Positions 1 through 8,115 of a DNA stretch of 64,000 nt are shown piece by piece (position 1 is the first letter of the stretch; every line of letters starts with the position of its first letter). The notes beneath the pieces were generated by a model. It had not been told where the DNA came from and did no database searches. It was given only the letters and a program-made list of their open reading frames with translations. The stretch lies in IMG/VR virus record IMGVR_UViG_3300013947_000021, positions 1 through 64,000 of that record; one strand, given 5' to 3'. This DNA comes from a virus (taxonomy: Duplodnaviria; Caudoviricetes). Made by a program: the position numbers and the translations under genes.

Positions 1-48
1 TTTATAAAATATTTTTATTAAATTAATTTTTCTTTTTTAAAATTTATA

Positions 49-74
49 TTCCAGATAGAGAAATCTATCTGGAA
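49..74 (+). terminator. Intrinsic terminator hairpin
   Basis: ttccagataga-gaaa-tctatctggaa inverted repeat followed by a long T run. Confidence 0.75.
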
Positions 75-227
75 TTATTTTTTTTTTGATAAACTTTAAA
101 TGATTAAATATTAACTTTATTTAAAAACTTTAAACTTAGCAGGTAATGAAAATCAATCTTTTTAAACAAATTGTGAACAAAAAGTACGAAAAATATTGAT
201 TTCTACTTTATATATAACTTAAAATTA

Positions 228-349
228 AGTGTATGGAATATAAATATAAACTACATACATGATTATTTCTCCTAAATTTTATTAGTTTCGTTGTAAAGTA
301 ATCCTTAAATAATATCCCTAGAGGTTAATCGCCTCTAGGGATATTATTT
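228..349 (+). ncRNA. Candidate anti-SD small RNA 1
   Basis: AACT-N6-TA motif at 216-227; anti-SD/anti-AUG tract catgattatttctccta at 258-274; ends in hairpin 307-349; no ORF with an RBS on this strand. Confidence 0.4.
307..349. terminator. Bidirectional terminator hairpin
   Basis: aaataatatccctagagg / cctctagggatattattt perfect inverted repeat just past the stop of 353..1540(-). Confidence 0.85.
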
Positions 350-352
350 TGT

Positions 353-1540
353 TTATCTATTAGAATTATGAATTACTAATGCAAAATATAATTTAACAGC
401 TCTTTCATAAGAATTCTTTGTAGCCAATCTAGATCTACGTCTTACATATGCAGTACCAGATTCAGATAACCATTCTTCTATTATAGCTTTTAATCGTACT
501 ATCTCTTTCTGTTTTGCGTTTGGTTTCGGAGCAATAGTAAATGTAATAAAATTAATATCTGTAAGATCATTTTTTCCAGTCTCATAATATAATGCTATCA
601 TTATAGATATCAATTCTTTCATAGTAATAATATTATCTTTATTATTTACTATAGATTCTATAACGGCCTTGCATTCAGAAGGAGTAATATCAGTATTAGA
701 ACACATAGAGCATAATTTATATTCTACTCCATATGAATTTATATGATTAATAGTTGCTTCAGTAGCTTTACTAATTCTAAGTGTATCACTATCTGCAAGA
801 TGAAAATCATCAGCATCAAATGAATCTGACTGATAAGTGATATAAGAATCTTTATTATCATATACTTTATAATATTCAGTAGCTATATTCTTAATAAAAG
901 ATCCTATTCTAGAATAAAGCTGTTGAATAAGATATACAAGGTCTTCATCAGTATATGATTTAAATTTATCTTTATATGCATCAAGCCATGTACATCCTAC
1001 AGACTTTACAGCACCAATTACATTTCCTTTTGTTTTAAGATCAAATTTATTAGTAAGCTGATTATTTACTACATATTCCATTATATGCCTTACAGGAACA
1101 ACAAGAGGATATGATCTATAATGAAGAGAAGGATAAAACTTGCCAGAAAATGATAAATACAACATAGCAAGCTCAGCATCCTTGGGTTGCTTCTCTAGAA
1201 TGAAATAACGAATTATGCATTCCTGAAGTATCGTAAATTCGTGCTTTGCAGCAAGGGGTGTAAAATGATCAAGGTTTCCATAATAAGTTTCTTTAATAGC
1301 TTCAGTAACTTTTTCTTTAGGAATTTTTACAGCTTTAAATAAATTATCCATCTCAATTTCAGAACAGATTATTCTATCACAAGGTAATGTATCATAAAGA
1401 GCTTCTGCTCTTTTAGACATAAAATCATTTATAGCAGATTTATATGCATTCTTTATAGAAGAAGATTTCATAGCTTCTTCTACCAAAGGATAAAGTTTAT
1501 CTTTTATAGCAGTAGTATCTGCTTTATAACTTATTTTCAT
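353..1540 (-). CDS. Hypothetical protein, late-type promoter (start MKISY)
   Basis: ~395-aa ORF; GGAGG before ATG 1540; AACA-N6-TA at 1566-1577. Confidence 0.85.
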   Translation of the reverse strand: MKISYKADTTAIKDKLYPLVEEAMKSSSIKNAYKSAINDFMSKRAEALYDTLPCDRIICSEIEMDNLFKAVKIPKEKVTEAIKETYYGNLDHFTPLAAKHEFTILQECIIRYFILEKQPKDAELAMLYLSFSGKFYPSLHYRSYPLVVPVRHIMEYVVNNQLTNKFDLKTKGNVIGAVKSVGCTWLDAYKDKFKSYTDEDLVYLIQQLYSRIGSFIKNIATEYYKVYDNKDSYITYQSDSFDADDFHLADSDTLRISKATEATINHINSYGVEYKLCSMCSNTDITPSECKAVIESIVNNKDNIITMKELISIMIALYYETGKNDLTDINFITFTIAPKPNAKQKEIVRLKAIIEEWLSESGTAYVRRRSRLATKNSYERAVKLYFALVIHNSNR

Positions 1541-1610
1541 AGTAGCCTCCAATTTTATGATGTTTTATAAAAATGTTGAAGAATAAAAAATAAAGGAAAA
1601 ATAAAAAAAA

Positions 1611-1632
1611 TAGAGGGGCCGAAGCCCCTCTA
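1611..1632 (-). terminator. Terminator hairpin
   Basis: tagagggg-ccgaag-cccctcta followed by a T tract on the minus strand. Confidence 0.85.
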
Positions 1633-1648
1633 TGTATTGGTTATGAAA

Positions 1649-2080
1649 TCAAACATCGAGGATGTTGAACTTCATAACCAGCTTCAGTGCCTTATAAGCA
1701 CAGAAGATCATAGTGGGGATTCCTGCCCCACAAAGCAAAGTAAGCGGCATTGACTGCTCATTATATACATAAGCAGTCAACCCTATGAATAAAATCATCC
1801 CGATAATTGTTATCGAGATAACCAGGGGCGCTAAAGCTCGTCGGGCTTTAGCATTCATGCGAGCTTCTTTAAGAAGCTTTCTTTCTTCAGCAGCTTTACG
1901 CTGCTGCTGCAGCATTTTCTTGTTTCTTTCAGATCTTGCATTAATCTGAGCAAGTCTGATCCTTTCAGAATCCTCATGATTCTTCTTGTCGATAAGGCGA
2001 ATGAATTCATCGCCTTCCTGGTACCCCGTAATGGCAGCATCGTCAAAATCGATAAACGTTTTGTAATCCATGGCTTTCAT
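1649..2080 (-). CDS. Early membrane protein (coiled coil plus 2 C-terminal hydrophobic helices)
   Basis: 143 aa; AGGAGA RBS; early-type motif at 2169-2182; segments LVISITIIGMILFIGL and LTLLCGAGIPTMIFCAY. Confidence 0.8.
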   Translation of the reverse strand: MKAMDYKTFIDFDDAAITGYQEGDEFIRLIDKKNHEDSERIRLAQINARSERNKKMLQQQRKAAEERKLLKEARMNAKARRALAPLVISITIIGMILFIGLTAYVYNEQSMPLTLLCGAGIPTMIFCAYKALKLVMKFNILDV

Positions 2081-2194
2081 TTTTTATTTTCTCCTTTAAT
2101 TAAAAGTATAATAGTATATAGGACGATACTATTATACTGTAATATTTTGATACAAATTGGCATTGTATCACATTTATAATATACAATTATTAGA

Positions 2195-2806
2195 TCAGTA
2201 TATTACGGATTGTAATCCAAGTATATAATTTGAATATGCATACTCAGATGGTTTAAAATCCATAAATGATTCTACTACAATTTTTCCATGATCTCCCATC
2301 ATGGAAAATTTCTCCTCTTTATTATCTTTAAACCATCTATTCAGATCCTTAAATGGATCATTCGGGTTTAATGCTATAGACATGCCCAACCAATCACAAA
2401 GCATTTCCATTAATGCTACTGGATCTGTATCTATAGTAGAATGGAATTCTACAAAGTATTCAGGATGATGCCTATTAGTTTTATAATGATGAGCCCAAGC
2501 CTTTTTAAAGTTAGCTTTTACGAGTTCAGGATCTGATTCTTTAGCTTCTGCTTCTGTAGGATAGAATCTAGCTCTATAAGCATCAAATTCATCATGATAA
2601 TATTTACTCATATCATGTACATGAATAGCATCTAATATTTTCTTGATAAACATCTTCTTTGCTGGTCCATATTTATTGGCATAATTATTGAAGAAATCGA
2701 ATGCTAAATAGAATGCTTTCTCCACATTATTTCTATGATCATCTATATATTTCTTATACATAAAATTTGCTGTGCTAATATCTTTACAAATAGTTTCTTT
2801 AGACAT
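2195..2806 (-). CDS. HD-domain-like phosphohydrolase (DUF5662-like)
   Basis: Motifs H..NV, HDMSKY, WAHHYKTNRHHPEY, EMLCDW. Confidence 0.7.
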   Translation of the reverse strand: MSKETICKDISTANFMYKKYIDDHRNNVEKAFYLAFDFFNNYANKYGPAKKMFIKKILDAIHVHDMSKYYHDEFDAYRARFYPTEAEAKESDPELVKANFKKAWAHHYKTNRHHPEYFVEFHSTIDTDPVALMEMLCDWLGMSIALNPNDPFKDLNRWFKDNKEEKFSMMGDHGKIVVESFMDFKPSEYAYSNYILGLQSVIY

Positions 2807-2867
2807 GATAAATACATCCTTTCAAAACATATAATGCCAATAGATAAATTCTATTGGCATTATTAAA

Positions 2868-5696
2868 TTACTTTACTATTTCTACTGTGCAGTTCAAAAT
2901 CTTATTTCCACGTGTCTGAATGATCTTATTACCGGCACTTATGGAACTACCTAATTCCAAATCTGCGATTTTAATAATTTCCTTACCACCTACACTGTTA
3001 ACGTGTATTAAATCGTTTTCATTACCGCTTACTACACTAACAATTTTATCTCCAGATGATAATTTAATAAGATTAGAACCAGATTTTCCTCTTGCAGTAT
3101 TAGAAATTCCTCCAAGTACACTAATGCGATTCATTCTACCAGATTCTGTTATCACTACTATATCTGTGCATCCATTATAGATAACGCATATACCATCTAC
3201 ATAGTCTACATTAGACATAGCTTTAGATCCTTTGGTATTTCTCTTAAGATAAGGAATATCATTTACATTGATAACTATAGCTTTTCTATCAGAATAAATT
3301 ACTGTATTGAAATTACTATGAGCTATTACAATATCTTTAACGAAATCACCTTTATCTACTTTAGCATAAATAATACCAGAAGGCGGAACTGTTATAAAAT
3401 CATCAAGATCCATTCTCTTTACAAGTCCAGAGTTTGTAAGAGTTATAAGATAATGCTTATTATTATAAGCACCCTTACCTGCAAAATTCTTAACGACAGA
3501 TTCAGGGATAATCGTTGTTATATTTGCTGTAAGAGACTTAATCAAGAATCTTATATCTGTTCCTCCAGACGATTTATCAGAGAAAGGAATCTTATGAACA
3601 GGAAGCTTAAATACTTTACCCACTTCATCAAATATAAGGAGACTATCTGTATTATCTATCATGATAATCTTCTTAGTTACTCCATTCTTAGAAATAGGAA
3701 GATTAGAACCAGATGGAACTTTCATTACAAAGTTCTTATCTGTAATACCAAGAATCATTTCTCCCTTAGGAATATCCGAATCTGTATTAGCAGATATAAT
3801 AGGACAAGTTCTAGGCTTTCCATATTTTGCTTTGATAGCTAATAATTCTTCTCGAATATCATTTTCTATCATCTTCTCATTCATAGCATGAGACATAATA
3901 TTCTGACGTTCAATTTCAAATTCTTTAGCTTCGGACTTATACTTTTCAAGATAACCATATGAAAGTTTCTTTAAGTCTGAATTAATAATATACTGAGCTT
4001 GAAGATCAGTTATACCAAGTTTCTTAATAAGATACTCAATAAGAAAATTATCATCAACGGTCTTCTGTTTCTTAATTATATTGATAATATTATCAATCTC
4101 ACCAGATTCGAGTACTCTTATATATGCTTCACGTTCATGAATCTTAGTCTGAACCGCCTGAAGCATATTAGTATATACTCTGAATTTAGTAAGTTTTCTA
4201 AAATCAATAAAGCTAAGAAGATAAGAACGATAAGACATTCTAAGCGGTTTTAATCCATCAAGTGTTTCGAGATTAATTCTATTCATTTGCTCAAGAGAAG
4301 TATTCTTATAAATTACATCTTTTACATAATTAGGATCACTACCAGGCTTAAGAAGTATTACATATCTCATATTATCCACAGTAGATTCATCAAACATATT
4401 TTCTATCTGGATAAGTTTCTTTTTCTTAATAAGATCTTCTATCTTATCTACTATTCCATCAAGAAATGTAAGATTAGGACAACTCTTTATAATAAGTGCA
4501 GTCTTACCCTTATATTGCTCTATATCGATTTTTCCTCTAACTCTATAATGTCCAAACCCAAGATTACATATCTTTTCAAAATCTGTATTAAAGATTTCAC
4601 AAGGCATACAATGATCAGGAACGAGGCATATTCTAGCATTAGGATTATCCATAAGTGCAAGAGTAGCATCTATTACTTCATTAATATTATGACTAGGAAT
4701 CTCAGCTCTAAGACCAAGTCCAATTCCAAATGATCCATTAATAAGAAGTAACGGAACTTTTACAGGAAGATAATCGGGTTCAGTAGTAGCTTCATTATAA
4801 GTAGGAGACCAATCTACTGCTTCAGGAGAATCCATAATTTCTCCAAGTATATTTTCGATTGCAAACTTAGACAAACGGCATTCTGTATAACGAGAAGCAG
4901 CTTCTTTATCTCCTTGGAAGGTGCCAAAGTTTCCTCCACCATCTATAAGAGGTATATTTGTTTCAAACCAGTTAGCTAAAGGCTTTATAGTGCCGTATAT
5001 TGCAGAGTTATGCACAGATATAAACTCATCGCCATGAGTATCTACAGGTATGAGCATATTTTCTGTACCATTTACTGTAAAGTCATACATAGGTATTTCT
5101 TCAGAAATATTTGTAATATCAACATTTTTTACAGTAGCAGGATAGTTTGATTCAAAAATTCTATCATAAGATAAAAGTTTTGTTCCTTTAACAATATCTT
5201 TTGCCTGAATATACTTCAGTTTAGGAGTCATGAATGGATGATTTGATGTACAAACAATACATGCTCCATTAGTTAAAGATATATGATAAAGTTCCTTAGT
5301 CCATTGACCTATTCTGAAATTCGTAGCAACAGCAGGAACCACTTTTCCAGTATTAGGATCAATAGATAATATATCAAGTTTTTGCACATTATTTTTATAC
5401 AACTCTTCAATTGTATAAATTTTATTATCTAGTCCGTAAATCTTAGTAGAGCCATGTAAACAATCTGAATGCGGGTGGTAATATTTCATTACATCACCTA
5501 CAACTGCTGCTGACTTAACTCTACTTGTAATGGCTTTAGTATTCTTATACATAGCCCAAATTATTCGTCTTTGCACGGGTTTAAGCCCGTCTCTATAATC
5601 TGAAAGAACTCGTCTATATAAGATATATATACCATATCTTTTATAGTCTTGCTCAAATTGTTTATTTACTTCATTTGATAAAATCTTTTCAGCCAT
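2868..5696 (-). CDS. gyrA: Type IIA topoisomerase / DNA gyrase subunit A, intein-containing
   Basis: DGLKPVQRR, YHPHSD-[intein]-SAIY, catalytic AASRYT, LLINGSFGIGLG, IPSHNINEV, C-terminal pinwheel-like repeats. Confidence 0.95.
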   Translation of the reverse strand: MAEKILSNEVNKQFEQDYKRYGIYILYRRVLSDYRDGLKPVQRRIIWAMYKNTKAITSRVKSAAVVGDVMKYYHPHSDCLHGSTKIYGLDNKIYTIEELYKNNVQKLDILSIDPNTGKVVPAVATNFRIGQWTKELYHISLTNGACIVCTSNHPFMTPKLKYIQAKDIVKGTKLLSYDRIFESNYPATVKNVDITNISEEIPMYDFTVNGTENMLIPVDTHGDEFISVHNSAIYGTIKPLANWFETNIPLIDGGGNFGTFQGDKEAASRYTECRLSKFAIENILGEIMDSPEAVDWSPTYNEATTEPDYLPVKVPLLLINGSFGIGLGLRAEIPSHNINEVIDATLALMDNPNARICLVPDHCMPCEIFNTDFEKICNLGFGHYRVRGKIDIEQYKGKTALIIKSCPNLTFLDGIVDKIEDLIKKKKLIQIENMFDESTVDNMRYVILLKPGSDPNYVKDVIYKNTSLEQMNRINLETLDGLKPLRMSYRSYLLSFIDFRKLTKFRVYTNMLQAVQTKIHEREAYIRVLESGEIDNIINIIKKQKTVDDNFLIEYLIKKLGITDLQAQYIINSDLKKLSYGYLEKYKSEAKEFEIERQNIMSHAMNEKMIENDIREELLAIKAKYGKPRTCPIISANTDSDIPKGEMILGITDKNFVMKVPSGSNLPISKNGVTKKIIMIDNTDSLLIFDEVGKVFKLPVHKIPFSDKSSGGTDIRFLIKSLTANITTIIPESVVKNFAGKGAYNNKHYLITLTNSGLVKRMDLDDFITVPPSGIIYAKVDKGDFVKDIVIAHSNFNTVIYSDRKAIVINVNDIPYLKRNTKGSKAMSNVDYVDGICVIYNGCTDIVVITESGRMNRISVLGGISNTARGKSGSNLIKLSSGDKIVSVVSGNENDLIHVNSVGGKEIIKIADLELGSSISAGNKIIQTRGNKILNCTVEIVK
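5007..5462 (-). mobile_element. Mini-intein (152 aa, no endonuclease) in GyrA
   Basis: Starts CLHGSTKI; block B CTSNHPF; block F YDFTV; ends VHN followed by Ser; removal restores HPHSD|SAIY. Confidence 0.93.
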
Positions 5697-5770
5697 TTTA
5701 AATTAACCTCCATAAATTTATTAAGCTGTTTACAAAAATATAATATGCAATCATATTACTATATAAAAAA

Positions 5771-5805
5771 TAATTCCAGAGGATCAAAACGATCCTCTGG
5801 AATTA
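5771..5805. terminator. Terminator hairpin
   Basis: taattccagaggatc / gatcctctggaatta. Confidence 0.85.
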
Positions 5806-5877
5806 ATTATTGATATTCAATCTATGGAATTAAGTGAATTTACTAATATGTACTATGATATTTAAAAATTTATTTAA

Positions 5878-6294
5878 TTATGCATCCATTGCATTAACAA
5901 TTTCAAACTTATTAACAGAAAGAACAGTGCCTTCCTTATTAGTTCTAAATCTCGGTACAAGAACCATATCCTTAAGCTCTTCAGCAATATGCATATTCTT
6001 ACCAAAGAACATCAGATTTGCATTCTTACCATCAAGATCGATAGACTTAATAACAGCTACATCAACAGTTCCCTTTGCATCCGGAATGCCAAAAGCTTTA
6101 TTCTTTGCCATAGAAACAGAAATATTAATAAGTCCAAAGATATCAAAGTCTACAAGCTTATTAATAAGATCCATTGCAGAATCATAGTTGTAATCATTTC
6201 CCTTGAAATCCTTACCAGAAACTACAAGCGGGATCGATGCATTAGCAACTTTAGGTGTGAAATTCTTCTTCTGATTGTTATTAGTGTACGGCAT
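5878..6294 (-). CDS. Hypothetical protein
   Basis: 138-aa ORF with AAGGAG RBS. Confidence 0.8.
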   Translation of the reverse strand: MPYTNNNQKKNFTPKVANASIPLVVSGKDFKGNDYNYDSAMDLINKLVDFDIFGLINISVSMAKNKAFGIPDAKGTVDVAVIKSIDLDGKNANLMFFGKNMHIAEELKDMVLVPRFRTNKEGTVLSVNKFEIVNAMDA

Positions 6295-6378
6295 TTTAAT
6301 ATAAACTCCTTAAATATAAAAATAAATTTATTTAGTTTGATCGTAAAGGATCAACTTAATATTTCGTTAATAAATAAA

Positions 6379-7074
6379 TTACTTATTAATATTTACCAAT
6401 TTTATTTTTTCATATTCTTCTTTAGATATTTCTTTATATCCATAATAATCATCATTATCATGATCATCTTTTATAAAATATCTACCAATTTCTATTCTTT
6501 CATTAGTAGGTTCTTTAATAGCATAATCAACAAATATTACATAATCAGAATCTTTAGCATCTAGAGTTAATAATATTTCTTCATAACAAACTCTATATCT
6601 AGCATTAGGATAATAGGGCAATGTAATCGGATACATTTCATCTATTATAGCATTTAATAATGCAAATGAATGTGGAACTTCACTATCATCATTTTTCATA
6701 ATACCATAAGTTCTATATATATCACGATATTGTACTCTACCATCTTTATAAATTCTTTTAGTTAAAGCCGAAAATCTAATAGAACTATATGCATCATAAT
6801 TAAATTTATCAATAGTATAATCATATTTCCATTCATCAGTTTCTTTAATAGGAGAAAGCGGTTTTCTATCTATTAATTGATTTAGTATTGTTTTTGTGTC
6901 CTGTATAGAAAAGAGGGTATGATCATCAGCATATAATGCTTTAATAGCTTTTAGAGCAGATTCGTAGCATCCTTTAATATATTTAAAGTCAATGTTTTCA
7001 TCATCATCATAAGATTTTTCTAATTCATTTATTTTATATGCTACTTCATTAGTTGCCCATTCTAAAGTATTCAT
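6379..7074 (-). CDS. Hypothetical phage protein
   Basis: 231-aa ORF with AGGAGA RBS. Confidence 0.8.
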   Translation of the reverse strand: MNTLEWATNEVAYKINELEKSYDDDENIDFKYIKGCYESALKAIKALYADDHTLFSIQDTKTILNQLIDRKPLSPIKETDEWKYDYTIDKFNYDAYSSIRFSALTKRIYKDGRVQYRDIYRTYGIMKNDDSEVPHSFALLNAIIDEMYPITLPYYPNARYRVCYEEILLTLDAKDSDYVIFVDYAIKEPTNERIEIGRYFIKDDHDNDDYYGYKEISKEEYEKIKLVNINK

Positions 7075-7177
7075 GATAAAATTTCTCCTTTATAAATAAT
7101 AAATTTTATTTAAAAATTTTAGAATATATAAAAAAATAAAATGGGGTGGGTTAGTCCCCATTTTATTTTACCGGCTG

Positions 7178-7840
7178 TTAAGCCTTGAGTCTGTCGATTG
7201 CCCGATCGCAGATGTCCTTGAGAACCTCATCATCGCTCTTGGCCTCAAGCTCTTCATAGATCTTAATGAAGAATGCCTTATTATATCTTAAGGTATTCTG
7301 CTCATTATTTAATACAGCGGTAAGATGCTCGATCGCATCATTAGCATCGTGGTTATCGACATAGTTTTTAAGATCGAACATGATGGCCTTATCGTGCTCA
7401 ATAGCCTTATTCGATCTCCATGCGTTGATATAAGGAATTGCTTCTCTTCCAACTATAGCAACCCTTTCTTCGTCAGTATTATCATCATTGAGCTCATTGA
7501 TGCGGCTCATGATAGGATCCTTGCGGAGCTCAAGAATCGGTCTTGCAATGCTCACGAAGAGCTTTGCAATCTTATTTCCGAACTCAGCAACAATTTCCAT
7601 GAAAAGATCCTTGAGATTCCATGATACCACGTACTCTTCATTGTCCTTCTTCAAGACGCAGGTATAGGCCTTGTGGTCAGCCATATATCTTGCCTCCATG
7701 TTCCGCTTGATCATGTTGAAGGTTTCGGTCATATCTTCAGAATCCTTAGATGCGATCTCTTTGGCGAATACGTTAATCGGTTCGAAGATATTTTCAACCA
7801 TCGCTAATTCATTGCTGTTGAGCCTGATTTCAATTTTCAT
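7178..7840 (-). CDS. Hypothetical early protein with higher-GC codon usage
   Basis: 220 aa; AGGAGA RBS; early-type motif 8016-8029; terminator ~7137-7164. Confidence 0.8.
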   Translation of the reverse strand: MKIEIRLNSNELAMVENIFEPINVFAKEIASKDSEDMTETFNMIKRNMEARYMADHKAYTCVLKKDNEEYVVSWNLKDLFMEIVAEFGNKIAKLFVSIARPILELRKDPIMSRINELNDDNTDEERVAIVGREAIPYINAWRSNKAIEHDKAIMFDLKNYVDNHDANDAIEHLTAVLNNEQNTLRYNKAFFIKIYEELEAKSDDEVLKDICDRAIDRLKA

Positions 7841-8115
7841 TTTTTATTTCTCCTTTTTCTTCATATACCTAAAGTATATGCATATTAGTGTACTTGTATT
7901 TTATACATCTAATATGGTATTCTAGTAACGTAGGGTATTTGCTAAATGAAACTACTGTATCCATATATAGTCAGTATATGGAGAGATGTATTTTTATTAT
8001 ACATCTTCTTTATTTCATAATTATATTATATAAATAAAATAATAGAATATTGCAAAATAGATAAAGATATAGAGATAAAAAATAAAAGGGATGAGTAATA
8101 CTCATCCCTTTATTC

